From IMG/VR virus record IMGVR_UViG_3300047274_000223: 64,000 bases of DNA; one strand, 5' to 3'. The DNA comes from a virus. The translations under genes were made by a program, and so were the position numbers. This document shows, one piece after another, positions 10,574 to 20,472 of the stretch (position 1 is the stretch's first letter; each line of letters opens with the position of its first letter). A model generated the notes under the pieces. The model saw only the letters and a list, made by a program, of their open reading frames with translations. It searched no databases and was not told the DNA's origin.

Positions 10574-11293
10574 ATGCTCAACGAAAACGTATCTACTGGT
10601 GGTGCTAGAAGAGCACGATTCGGTGGCATCAAACAGAGAGTCGGATCTTCTGAAGTAATCTCCAATAAAGATGTCGCAAACGCAGCACAGAAGTCTGCAG
10701 ATGCTAAGAAATCTGCTGGAGATGCTGCTCATGCTGCTGCAACCAAGGCAGGCAAAAGTCCTATGGAAGCAGAGACAGCAAGAAACAGAGCACATAGAGA
10801 ATACGAAAAGGCACAGAAGAAAGCACGTCTAAACAGTTCATACATCCCTTCTTTCGCTGAATACATCCAAGAGGCCAAAGAAAAGGATCATGAAGTTTCG
10901 ATGGCACAATCACAACTAGATAATGCTGCCAAGAATATTAAAACACTCAAGAAAAGTCTAGGAAAAAAAGAGAAGAATATTCCTGCTTGGATGCAAGCAA
11001 AAATTACTGATACTGCTCATAATATGGATGCTGCAGCAACATACAAAGAAAGTGCTGCTTGGACTCGTAAAGAGGGTAAGAATAAGAATGGTGGATTAAA
11101 CGAGAAGGGTCGTAAGTCATATGAAGAAGAGAATCCTGGTTCAGATTTGAAGGCACCTCAACCTGAAGGTGGTCCTCGTAAGAGATCTTTTTGTGCCAGG
11201 ATGAGTGGAATGAAAGACAAACTAACAAGTGAGAAAACTGCAAATGACCCCGATTCTCGCATAAATAAGTCGTTACGTGCGTGGAAGTGCTGA
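10574..11293 (+). CDS. Modular basic/acidic protein with a DUF6321-like C-terminal domain; probable internal head protein
   Basis: Modules are separated by LNE, YIQE and YKE sites; C-terminus AAWTRKEGKN...RKRSFCARM...INKSLRAWKC. The ATG at 10574 is preferred over the GTG at 10565. Confidence 0.7.
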   Translation: MLNENVSTGGARRARFGGIKQRVGSSEVISNKDVANAAQKSADAKKSAGDAAHAAATKAGKSPMEAETARNRAHREYEKAQKKARLNSSYIPSFAEYIQEAKEKDHEVSMAQSQLDNAAKNIKTLKKSLGKKEKNIPAWMQAKITDTAHNMDAAATYKESAAWTRKEGKNKNGGLNEKGRKSYEEENPGSDLKAPQPEGGPRKRSFCARMSGMKDKLTSEKTANDPDSRINKSLRAWKC

Positions 11294-11400
11294 TGTCTAA
11301 GTCACCCAACAAAGGCAAGAAAGGTTCTGCTGGAAATAAAAAACAGAATCAAGGAAACGCAACTGCTAAGAAAGCAAAGAACGGCGGAAAGAAAAAATGA
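11293..11400 (+). CDS. 35-aa highly basic micro-protein (MSKSPNKGKKGSAGNKKQNQGNATAKKAKNGGKKK)
   Basis: Exactly fills the gap between its neighbours, with TGATG overlap upstream and ATGA overlap downstream; not in the ORF track. Confidence 0.7.
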   Translation: MSKSPNKGKKGSAGNKKQNQGNATAKKAKNGGKKK

Positions 11401-11834
11401 GTTTGAAAGATCCTTACATCTATCGTGTTAGACAAGTACATAATGTTGTTGATGGTGACACTATTGACGTTGATATTGATTTGGGGTTTGATATCTCTCT
11501 TGCTAAGAGAGTTCGTTTGGCTGGTATTGATACCCCAGAAAGTCGCACGAAAGATGCGTATGAAAAGAAACTCGGTCTCGAATCGAAAGATTGGTTGAAG
11601 CATAGACTAGAGTTTGCTAAGAATATTGTAATCAAGACGGAACTTCCAGACAGCACCGAAAAGTATGGAAGAATTTTAGGATGGCTATATATTAATGATG
11701 AACAAACTTCACTGAACGAGCAAATGATCCAACAGGGTTATGCTTGGTCTTATCTTGGAGATACTAAAGTCAAAGACTTTGCACTTCTAGAAGCAAGACG
11801 CAAAGGTGAAGTTGATGACCGTAATTTTGTATGA
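11397..11834 (+). CDS. Thermonuclease (SNase-like) endonuclease
   Basis: VVDGDT, VRLAGIDTPE and KYGRILG catalytic motifs. Confidence 0.9.
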   Translation: MSLKDPYIYRVRQVHNVVDGDTIDVDIDLGFDISLAKRVRLAGIDTPESRTKDAYEKKLGLESKDWLKHRLEFAKNIVIKTELPDSTEKYGRILGWLYINDEQTSLNEQMIQQGYAWSYLGDTKVKDFALLEARRKGEVDDRNFV

Positions 11835-13480
11835 AGCCCGAAGAAGTCTATCTTGGTAATCCTAACCTAAAGAAAGCAAACGTTAAAGTTGAATTCACTC
11901 AAGAACAGATTGAGGAATTTATTAAGTGTTCGCAAGACCCTATCTATTTTGCGAGAAACTATGTAAAAATTGTTTCTCTGGATGAGGGTCTTGTTCCTTT
12001 TGAGATGTGGGACTTTCAGGAAGAACTAATCCAAAATTTCCACACGAATAGATTCAACATCGCAAAGCTTCCTCGCCAGACTGGAAAATCGACCACTTGT
12101 GTTTCTTACTTGATGCATTATGCGTTATTTAACGACAACGTTAAGATTGCTATTCTAGCAAACAAAGCAGAAACGTCAAGGGAACTTCTGTCTCGTTTGC
12201 AACTATCATATGAAAATCTTCCTAAGTGGATGCAGCATGGTATTGTATCTTGGAACAAGGGATCTCTAGAACTAGAGAATGGATCCAAGATTATTGCTGC
12301 ATCTACATCTTCATCTGCAGTCCGAGGAAACTCATTTAACATCATCTTCCTGGACGAATTTGCGTTCATTCCAAACAACATTGCAGAGCAGTTCTTCTCC
12401 TCTGTGTATCCTACTATTTCGTCTGGTAAGACAACCAAAGTTATTATTATTTCTACCCCAAACGGGATGAACATGTTCTATAAACTTTGGCACGATGCCG
12501 AACGTCATAAAAACAGTTACATACCACTTGAAGTTCACTGGTCTCAGGTTCCTGGCAGAGATGCTAAGTGGAAAGAAGAAACGATTGCTAACACATCACA
12601 AAGGCAATTCACTCAAGAGTTTGAGTGTGAGTTCCTGGGATCGGTTGACACTTTGATCAACCCAGCAAAACTTAGAGCGATGGTATATGAAGATCCCATC
12701 AGATCTAATAAGGGATTGGATATTTACGAAGAAGCAAAGCCAGATCACCAGTACATTCTAACAGTCGATACTTCCAGAGGAACAAGTCAAGACTACTCTG
12801 CATTTATCATTGTAGATATCACTACAATTCCATATAATATTGTTGGTAAGTATAAGAACAATGATATCAAACCAATCTTACTTCCAAATATTATACATGA
12901 TGTTGCCAAAAATTACAACAAAGCATATATACTAATAGAAGTCAATGATATTGGCGCACAAGTCGCTGATATTCTACAATATGATCTAGAGTACGACAAC
13001 CTTTTAATGTGTTCCATGAGAGGCCGTGCAGGTCAGATCGTTGGATCTGGTTTTAGTGGAAAGAAGGCTTCTCTTGGAGTAAGAATGACAACTGCCGTTA
13101 AAAAGGTAGGATGCTCAAACTTAAAGGCCATGCTAGAGGAAGATAAACTCATAGTTAAAGACTATGACATTATCAGTGAATTGACAACCTTCATCCAAAA
13201 GGGAAACTCTTTTGAAGCGGAAGAAGGATGTAATGATGACTTGGCAATGTCTCTTGTTATTTTTTCTTGGTTAGCGATGCAACCCTACTTTAGGGAAATG
13301 ACAAACAATGATGTTCGTCAAAGAATATATGATGACCAGAGAGAGGCAATTGAAGCGGACATGGCTCCATTTGGTTTTATACTAGATGGAACAGAAGAAG
13401 AAAGTTTTGTTGATAATGATGGGGATAGGTGGCATTTGGATGAGTACGGGGATCGATCTTATATGTGGGACTACAGATAA
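11831..13480 (+). CDS. gp17: Terminase large subunit gp17
   Basis: Walker A PRQTGKS, Walker B IIFLDEFAF, ISTPNG; RNase H-like nuclease with VDTSRG and NDDLAMS. Confidence 0.98.
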   Translation: MKPEEVYLGNPNLKKANVKVEFTQEQIEEFIKCSQDPIYFARNYVKIVSLDEGLVPFEMWDFQEELIQNFHTNRFNIAKLPRQTGKSTTCVSYLMHYALFNDNVKIAILANKAETSRELLSRLQLSYENLPKWMQHGIVSWNKGSLELENGSKIIAASTSSSAVRGNSFNIIFLDEFAFIPNNIAEQFFSSVYPTISSGKTTKVIIISTPNGMNMFYKLWHDAERHKNSYIPLEVHWSQVPGRDAKWKEETIANTSQRQFTQEFECEFLGSVDTLINPAKLRAMVYEDPIRSNKGLDIYEEAKPDHQYILTVDTSRGTSQDYSAFIIVDITTIPYNIVGKYKNNDIKPILLPNIIHDVAKNYNKAYILIEVNDIGAQVADILQYDLEYDNLLMCSMRGRAGQIVGSGFSGKKASLGVRMTTAVKKVGCSNLKAMLEEDKLIVKDYDIISELTTFIQKGNSFEAEEGCNDDLAMSLVIFSWLAMQPYFREMTNNDVRQRIYDDQREAIEADMAPFGFILDGTEEESFVDNDGDRWHLDEYGDRSYMWDYR

Positions 13481-13710
13481 TGGATTTGGACAGACAGTTA
13501 AATTTAGAACACTTACTATTTGTCGATAGAACGTGTAGAACTTGTGGGAAATTAAAAAATTTATTGTCTGACTATTATTTGACTAGAAAAGATAGAGGAT
13601 CATATCCATCAGCATACTCATATGAATGTAAAGAGTGTACCGTCAGAAGAATTGTAGCTGGTAGAATGACTAACAGAATTTTCGATAGATGGGAGTATCC
13701 TGACTGGTAG
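13480..13710 (+). CDS. Small zinc-finger hypothetical protein
   Basis: CRTC...CKEC pairs; the ATG overlaps the gp17 stop. Confidence 0.7.
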   Translation: MDLDRQLNLEHLLFVDRTCRTCGKLKNLLSDYYLTRKDRGSYPSAYSYECKECTVRRIVAGRMTNRIFDRWEYPDW

Positions 13711-13750
13711 TTTGTTCATGCATTGTTTCCCCATTAGAAAATACCTAAAT

Positions 13751-13758
13751 TATAAATA
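13751..13758 (+). promoter_or_regulatory. Late promoter (TATAAATA) for gp18
   Basis: Exact consensus 32 nt upstream of the ATG. Confidence 0.85.
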
Positions 13759-13790
13759 TTTGTAGAAACCAACCCTTAGGAAATAGAAAC

Positions 13791-16031
13791 ATGGCATTCA
13801 GTCAATTTTCCCCAGGTGTAGTTATCAGAGAAATTGATAACACAACTGTAAGTACCGTAGGAAATCCTACTTTTGCTGGTCTAGTTGGTCCTTTTTCAAA
13901 AGGCCCTGTAGAGGAAGTTAGAATCATCACCTCCGAGCAACAACTAGAACAAACCTTCGGCAGACCAAACGACAATAACTTTGAGTATTGGTTCGCTGCT
14001 GCACAATACCTCCTTTATGGTGGTGCAATTAAAGTTGTCAGATCCGACTCCGCAGGTCTAAAGAACTCAGTTTCAAACGGAACTGCAGTTAAGATCATCA
14101 ATAATGATCAATACGAAACAACCTATGAGAACGCTGCTGCTTCTTGGTTCTTCGCAGCGAAGACTCCTGGTGATTTCGCAAACGGAGTAAGAATCTATGT
14201 AACCGATGCAGGTCCAGACCAGATCCTTTATCTAGATGCACCTACCTCAGGTAACGATTGGCAGTTTGCTAACAGCGATGACATCTCCGCAGCAACTGGT
14301 GCTGCTGGTAAGGTATTTAGATACAGTCTCAAGTTAACCCTAGAATCAGGAGTTGTTGGTAACTTTGTTCCTGGAATTGCTGAAGTTAATGGAGATGGTT
14401 GCACCGTTCTAGCATGGGATCCAATCCATAGAGTTCTTGAGATCGAACTAGATTCGGACTACATTGGTATTGTAGAAGATGGTAATACTGTTGAGCAATC
14501 TTCTTCTGGCGCAGCGGCAACAGTTGCTGATGCTGGTGTTTCAAGAGAATTACTTGCTGTTCTAAACAGAGGTTCAATCGAATTTGCTGCTGGTAACGAT
14601 CTAACAGATTCAAACTCTGCTGCAGTAAACATTGGTCGTGCTGGTAGAGAGTATCTAACCAGAGAAGTATTCCCTGGATTCAAGTGGGCTTCTGTTGCTA
14701 CTCGTCCTGGAACTTCACCATACGTTGCAACCAAGAATGGATACAGAGATGAAATTCACGTTGTTGTTGTAGACACAACTGGATCAATCACTGGTACTCC
14801 AAACACAGTTCTTGAGAAGTTCGTTGGTCTTTCAAAGGCTTCTGATGCTAAAACAACTAACGGAGAAGCAAACTACTACAAAACCGCACTTAAGTTACGT
14901 TCTTCATACATTTATGTTGGTGCTCACAATAGCGCAGAAACATTTGCTGTAGGTGCTGTTGCATCCGATGGTGATTGGGGACAAGCATCTGCTAATACAA
15001 GTTTCAATCTTGTTCAGGGTGATGACGTAACCGATCCTGTTGGTGGTGCTGTGTATATCAACTCTGTTGCTGGTGCAACTGTTGCTTATTCACTAGGTAC
15101 TGCTTCTGGTACTGAAGGTGTTTCTGCATATTCACCAACTTCATCTGAATACATTGCAGCACTTTCTAAGTTTGAAGATCCTGAAGCAGAAGATCTAGAT
15201 TTCATCATTCCTGGTGGAATGGGATCAACTGAGATTGAAGGACTTGCAAGAGTAAATGCTATCGTTAACATTCTCAATCAGAGAAAAGATTGCATGGCAT
15301 TCTTCTCACCATTAAGAGATAGTGTTATCGGAGTTCCCGATACTAATGCAGTAACCACAAACCTAGTCAACTGGTTCTCGAAGCTACCTAGCACATCCTA
15401 TGCAGCATTCGATACTGGTTACAAGTATATCTACGATAGATATAACGATACTTTCCGTTATATTCCTTGCAACGGAGATATGGCTGGTCTATGCCTAGCA
15501 ACTCAGGTTAATGCAGATCCTTGGTTCTCACCTGCTGGTTTCCAGAGAGGTGTACTACAGAACGCAATCCGTCTAGCATATTCACCAAACAAGGGTCAGA
15601 GAGATCAACTCTATGTTGAGAGAATCAACCCAATCGTTTCATTCCCTGGCCAGGGAATCGTACTATTCGGTGATAAGACCGCTCTAGGATATCAGTCCGC
15701 ATTCGATAGAATCAATGTTCGTCGCCTCTTCCTAACCGTTGAGAAGACAGTTGCAAGAGTTGCTAAGAATGTACTCTTCCAGCAAAACGATGATACTTCG
15801 AGATCTGGATTCCTCAACGCTGTTGAGCCATACCTAAGAAACATTCAAGGAAGAAGAGGTCTTACCGATTTCCTTGTCAAGTGTGATCAATCAAACAACC
15901 CACCTGACGCGGTTGATAGAGGTGAATTCTATGCAGAGATCTATCTCAAGCCTACTAGAACGATTAACTACATTTCTATCTCCTTCATCGCAACAAGAAC
16001 TGGCGTTGCTTTTGAAGAAGTTGCTTCATAA
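13791..16031 (+). CDS. gp18: Tail sheath protein gp18
   Basis: SPGVVIREID, PWFSPAG, FDRINVRRLF and KPTRTINYISISF motifs. Confidence 0.98.
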   Translation: MAFSQFSPGVVIREIDNTTVSTVGNPTFAGLVGPFSKGPVEEVRIITSEQQLEQTFGRPNDNNFEYWFAAAQYLLYGGAIKVVRSDSAGLKNSVSNGTAVKIINNDQYETTYENAAASWFFAAKTPGDFANGVRIYVTDAGPDQILYLDAPTSGNDWQFANSDDISAATGAAGKVFRYSLKLTLESGVVGNFVPGIAEVNGDGCTVLAWDPIHRVLEIELDSDYIGIVEDGNTVEQSSSGAAATVADAGVSRELLAVLNRGSIEFAAGNDLTDSNSAAVNIGRAGREYLTREVFPGFKWASVATRPGTSPYVATKNGYRDEIHVVVVDTTGSITGTPNTVLEKFVGLSKASDAKTTNGEANYYKTALKLRSSYIYVGAHNSAETFAVGAVASDGDWGQASANTSFNLVQGDDVTDPVGGAVYINSVAGATVAYSLGTASGTEGVSAYSPTSSEYIAALSKFEDPEAEDLDFIIPGGMGSTEIEGLARVNAIVNILNQRKDCMAFFSPLRDSVIGVPDTNAVTTNLVNWFSKLPSTSYAAFDTGYKYIYDRYNDTFRYIPCNGDMAGLCLATQVNADPWFSPAGFQRGVLQNAIRLAYSPNKGQRDQLYVERINPIVSFPGQGIVLFGDKTALGYQSAFDRINVRRLFLTVEKTVARVAKNVLFQQNDDTSRSGFLNAVEPYLRNIQGRRGLTDFLVKCDQSNNPPDAVDRGEFYAEIYLKPTRTINYISISFIATRTGVAFEEVAS

Positions 16032-16072
16032 TTGAAACTATAGATCTCAAAAACAACGGAGGATAACTCAAA

Positions 16073-16801
16073 ATGGCACAGAATAACAGAGGTAGAATTA
16101 CTACCTTTAAGGCTAACTCTCAACTAGACTACGCAAGACCAAACCTTTTCCAAGTTGATATTGACTGGCCTGCTGCTCTCGTAGCAATCCTAAATGGTCA
16201 GGGCGGTAACACTGGTAACCAGGCACAGACATTTACTGCAGCTGCTCTTGCAGCACCTGCAGCGAATGCTCAGGCTGCTGGTGGTCCAGATGGCGCTAGA
16301 AGACTTGGTGCATTCACGATTAAGGCTGCTCAAATTCCCGCTTCAACAGTAGGTGTTGTAGAAGTTCCTTTCCGTGGAAGAATGCTCAAGATTGCTGGTG
16401 ACAGAACCTTTGAACCTTGGACAATCACAATTCACAACGATACCACATTCATCCTCAGATCATATTTTGAGAGATGGATGGAAGCAATCCAACTCTATGA
16501 TGAAAACGCTACCGAATTCGATTATGGCGAATTCCCAGGTGCTGATCCACAGTACTTAAAGTACATGGCTCCAATGCGTGTTTCACAACTAGATCGTAGA
16601 GGAAACGCTGTAAGATCGTATGATTTTATTGATGTTTGGCCTTCAAACCTATCAGCGATTGATCTTGATTATGGTTCGAATGATGCAATCGAAGAGTACA
16701 CTGTAGAACTTCAGGTTCAGTACTGGAGACCTCTCAGTGTTGGTGGTGGTCAGAACCAGAACGCTCAGAGCACTGCTTCTACATTGGTCGAACTAGAATG
16801 A
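16073..16801 (+). CDS. gp19: Tail tube protein gp19
   Basis: ARPNLFQV, VPFRGRMLKIAGDRTFEPWTITIHND and IEEYTVELQVQYW motifs. Confidence 0.96.
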   Translation: MAQNNRGRITTFKANSQLDYARPNLFQVDIDWPAALVAILNGQGGNTGNQAQTFTAAALAAPAANAQAAGGPDGARRLGAFTIKAAQIPASTVGVVEVPFRGRMLKIAGDRTFEPWTITIHNDTTFILRSYFERWMEAIQLYDENATEFDYGEFPGADPQYLKYMAPMRVSQLDRRGNAVRSYDFIDVWPSNLSAIDLDYGSNDAIEEYTVELQVQYWRPLSVGGGQNQNAQSTASTLVELE

Positions 16802-16838
16802 TGATAAATAGTATCGGATTAATCTTCGATACTATAAA

Positions 16839-18476
16839 ATGTCTCAATTATTTGGTTACTCTATAGAGAGAGCAAAGAAGGTTCCGAAAGGGCCTTCTTT
16901 TGTGCAGAAAGATAATCAGGACGGGGCTACGCCAATCGTCGCTGGTGGTCACTATGGTTATTATGTGGATATTGATGGGGCGGTAAAGAACGAGTGGGAA
17001 ATGATCACTCGTTATCGTGATATGATTTTGCAACCAGAATGTGATTCTGCTGTAGATGACGTTGTAAACGAAGCTATTTGTGGAAGTTATAACGACGTAC
17101 CAGTTACAATCAATCTGGAAAATATCAAAGGGATGAGTGAGAAGGTAAAGAAACTCATCCGCGAAGAATTTGATTATGTCCTAGAACTCTTAGACTTTGA
17201 AAATAAGTCATACGAAATCTTCCGTCGATGGTATGTTGATGGAAGATTGTTCTACCATAAAGTTATTGATGTTAAAGATCCCGAAGAAGGTATTATCGAA
17301 CTACGTTATGTTGATCCAAGAAAGATTCGTAAAGTTGTTGAGATCGAAAACAGACCAGAAAGAGTAGATCCAAATAATCCTTCACAGGCATTTCTTCAGA
17401 AAACTGTTGAGTATTTCATCTACAACGGTAAAGGACTTAAAGCCGGGGATGCTCAAGGTATCAAAATTGCTCCAGATGCGATTACATTCGTACATTCTGG
17501 AATTTTTGATATGAATAAGAACATGGTTCTTTCGCATCTACACAAAGCAATCAAAGCGGTAAACCAACTTCGCATGATCGAAGATTCGTTGGTTATTTAT
17601 CGTCTATCGCGTGCTCCAGAACGTAGAATTTTCTACATCGATGTAGGTAATCTACCAAAGATTAAGGCAGAGCAATACCTTCGTGAGGTTATGTCTCGCT
17701 ATAGAAATAAACTTGTTTATGATGCGAATACTGGAGAGATCAAAGATGATCGCAAATTTATGTCGATGCTTGAGGACTTTTGGCTTCCTCGTCGTGAGGG
17801 TGGTAGAGGAACGGAAATTACTACTCTCCCTGGTGGTCAAAATTTGGGAGAACTGGAGGATGTCAAGTATTTCCAAAAGAAACTCTACAAAGCTCTGAAT
17901 GTTCCAAACTCAAGATTAGAAACCGAGACTACATTTAACATTGGTCGTTCTACTGAAATTACGAGAGACGAACTCAAATTCCAGAAGTTTATCAACCGTC
18001 TCCGTAAGAGATTCTCTGATCTTTTCCAAGATATTCTCAAAACCCAACTTCTTCTGAAAGGTGTTCTTACACTAGAAGATTGGGATCAGATTAAGAACCA
18101 CATCCAATATGATTTCATTGCAGACAACTACTTCAATGAACTCAAGAACATGGAAATGATGAACGAGAGAATGAATCTCGTTGCAACCATGGATCCTTTT
18201 GTTGGTAAGTATTTCTCGATTGAGCAAATTCGCCGCAATATTCTTAAGCAATCGGAAGAAGAGTTTAAGGATATCGATAAGCAGATTGAGAAGGAAATGG
18301 AAGAAGGAAAGATTGTAGATCCAAATGCTATGGTAGATCCTGCAATTGGAATGCCTATGGATCCTAATGCTGCTATGGATCCTAACGCACTTCCCCCAGA
18401 AGAAACTGGTCCTCCCGAGATGGGAGATGGTGGTGTTGAAGCCGATCCAAGAGATCTGAAAAAAGCAGAATTCTAA
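16839..18476 (+). CDS. gp20: Portal protein gp20
   Basis: RRWYVDGR, YRLSRAPERRIFYIDVGNLPK and EDFWLPRREGGRGTEI motifs. Confidence 0.99.
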   Translation: MSQLFGYSIERAKKVPKGPSFVQKDNQDGATPIVAGGHYGYYVDIDGAVKNEWEMITRYRDMILQPECDSAVDDVVNEAICGSYNDVPVTINLENIKGMSEKVKKLIREEFDYVLELLDFENKSYEIFRRWYVDGRLFYHKVIDVKDPEEGIIELRYVDPRKIRKVVEIENRPERVDPNNPSQAFLQKTVEYFIYNGKGLKAGDAQGIKIAPDAITFVHSGIFDMNKNMVLSHLHKAIKAVNQLRMIEDSLVIYRLSRAPERRIFYIDVGNLPKIKAEQYLREVMSRYRNKLVYDANTGEIKDDRKFMSMLEDFWLPRREGGRGTEITTLPGGQNLGELEDVKYFQKKLYKALNVPNSRLETETTFNIGRSTEITRDELKFQKFINRLRKRFSDLFQDILKTQLLLKGVLTLEDWDQIKNHIQYDFIADNYFNELKNMEMMNERMNLVATMDPFVGKYFSIEQIRRNILKQSEEEFKDIDKQIEKEMEEGKIVDPNAMVDPAIGMPMDPNAAMDPNALPPEETGPPEMGDGGVEADPRDLKKAEF

Positions 18477-18503
18477 ATAATTAGATAGGAAACATTTATT
18501 ACT

Positions 18504-18668
18504 ATGTCTACAGAAATTTTTGATAGCATTTTTGCAAAAAACAACGCTCAAACTATTGAACTAGTTAATGATGCTTTACAGTCGAAAGCGTTCGATGCTA
18601 TTCAACAAAGAAAAGTTGAAGTTGCACAAAACATTTTTAACCAAGAAGTATCAGAGGACGAAGAATGA
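18504..18668 (+). CDS. Small acidic prohead core protein (gp67/gp68-like position)
   Basis: 54-aa ORF MSTEIFDSIFAKNNAQ...EVSEDEE between gp20 and gp21, after CTAAATA at 18473; not in the ORF track. Confidence 0.75.
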   Translation: MSTEIFDSIFAKNNAQTIELVNDALQSKAFDAIQQRKVEVAQNIFNQEVSEDEE

Positions 18669-19312
18669 TGAAACTAATTACGGAGAATATTGAGGAGATC
18701 AATGTTCTTACCGAAGAAAAAGATGGTAAGAAAACTCACTATATCGAGGGTATCTTTTTACAGGGTGATATCACAAACCGCAATGGTAGAAATTATCCTG
18801 TAAATATCCTTGAGCGCGAAGTTAATAAATATAACGAGAACTTTGTTGGAACAGGCAGAGCTCTCGGAGAACTCGGTCATCCCGATGGTCCAACCATCAA
18901 TCTTGATCGTGTCTCACACAAAATTCTTTCCCTAAAAAGAGAAGGAAACAACTTCATCGGTAAGGCGAAACTATTGGAAACTCCAATGGGCAAAATCGCT
19001 AAAAACTTACTCGATGAAGGAGTCAAACTCGGTGTTTCTTCAAGAGGTCTTGGATCTCTTACTGTAAAAGATGGTGTCAATTATGTTGGCGAGGATTTTA
19101 TGCTTGCCACCGCTGCGGATATCGTAGCTGACCCTTCTGCTCCTGACGCTTTTGTTGAGGGAATCATGGAAGGTAAAGAGTGGGTTTGGGAAAGTGGTAT
19201 GTTAAGAGAGGTTGAAATCAACCATCTTAAGAAAACCATTGACGAGGCAACTCGTTTCGACCTCCAAGAGCGCAAGGTTAAAGCATTTGCCGCCTTCCTC
19301 AGAGGTTTATAA
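18665..19312 (+). CDS. gp21: Prohead protease gp21
   Basis: NRNGRNYP, ALGELGHP, GVSSRGLGS and DIVADPSAPDAFV motifs. Confidence 0.98.
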   Translation: MMKLITENIEEINVLTEEKDGKKTHYIEGIFLQGDITNRNGRNYPVNILEREVNKYNENFVGTGRALGELGHPDGPTINLDRVSHKILSLKREGNNFIGKAKLLETPMGKIAKNLLDEGVKLGVSSRGLGSLTVKDGVNYVGEDFMLATAADIVADPSAPDAFVEGIMEGKEWVWESGMLREVEINHLKKTIDEATRFDLQERKVKAFAAFLRGL

Positions 19313-19373
19313 TATTTTTAATATATAAATAATTACACGAAATTCCCCGTAAATTAGACAGGAGACAACTCAA

Positions 19374-20393
19374 ATGTCAGAAGATATTTCAAGAATGGAT
19401 CTAGATGAGGGTTCAAACGTCGTCACCAAAGGCGCAAAACCAGCAGAAAGATCCGAACTCAAAGACGAATCAGAGGAGATTGGCGGTCCTACCCCAACTT
19501 CAGGTAAGCCTGACGATACCGAATCAATCGGCAAAAAGGTTGCTGCTAAGATGAAGGGTGCATCTGCTCCTACAACTAAGCCTTCCGATGCTTCTGGCGA
19601 CAAGCAAGAAACCCTAAGCAAGAAGCCTACCTTTGAGGAGACAGAAGAAGATGGCGAACTCATCGAAGAAGAAGCAGAAGAAACTATTCAGTATTCCTTC
19701 GACGAGGACCTTGACGCTCTTGTATCTGGTTCAGACCTTACAGAAGAATTCAAAGACAAAGCAAAACTAATCTTTGAAGCAGCAGTAACAGCAAAGATCA
19801 ACGAAGAAGTTGCTCTAATGAATGAAGCATATGAGCAAGCATTCGAAGAAGCTGTTACCGAATTCAAAACAGAAATGTCCGAGCAAATCGACTCGTACCT
19901 CACTTTTGTTGCTGAGAAGTGGGTTACTGAGAACGCTCTCGCAATCGACAACGGCATTAAGACCGAGATTGCTGAGAACCTAATGCACGGACTCAGAAAT
20001 CTCTTCGCTGAGAACTATCTTGAAGTTCCCGAAGAGCAGTTCGAGATTGCCGCTGAGGCAACCGAACAACTCAACGCTATGGAAGCGAAGCTCAATGAGC
20101 AAATCGAACTAAACGTTGAGATGCATAAGAAACTTGGTGGTTATATTAAGAATGGGATCGTGAGCGAAGTTTCTGTTGGACTTGCTGAAACACAAAAGGA
20201 TAAACTCCAGGGTCTATCTGAAGGTGTCGAGTTCGTAAATGAAGAAGATTTTCGTGAGAAGATCGAAACTCTCAAGGAGTCATATTTCGCTAGAGCAGCT
20301 GCTCCTGCGGTAGAAGACACCCCTGTAGAGCAACCTGTTAGTGGAGATGCAATGTCAGTTTATGCTGCTGCAATTTCCCGCTGGTCCAAATAA
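19374..20393 (+). CDS. gp22: Prohead core scaffolding protein gp22
   Basis: Acidic; AKLIFEAAV, IDSYL and KIETLKESYF motifs; late promoter TATAAATA at 19324-19331. Confidence 0.95.
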   Translation: MSEDISRMDLDEGSNVVTKGAKPAERSELKDESEEIGGPTPTSGKPDDTESIGKKVAAKMKGASAPTTKPSDASGDKQETLSKKPTFEETEEDGELIEEEAEETIQYSFDEDLDALVSGSDLTEEFKDKAKLIFEAAVTAKINEEVALMNEAYEQAFEEAVTEFKTEMSEQIDSYLTFVAEKWVTENALAIDNGIKTEIAENLMHGLRNLFAENYLEVPEEQFEIAAEATEQLNAMEAKLNEQIELNVEMHKKLGGYIKNGIVSEVSVGLAETQKDKLQGLSEGVEFVNEEDFREKIETLKESYFARAAAPAVEDTPVEQPVSGDAMSVYAAAISRWSK

Positions 20394-20472
20394 ACAAAAC
20401 AACGTAATTTATAAATAATTACGTATTTGTTATTAAAATAACACATTACTCATTTTTTCAAGGAGAAAGCAA

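Noticed and set aside
13480-13710. Endonuclease VII or homing endonuclease call for the CxxC...CxxC protein
   Set aside because: Only a zinc-binding segment is present; no catalytic His/Asn core is visible in about 76 aa.
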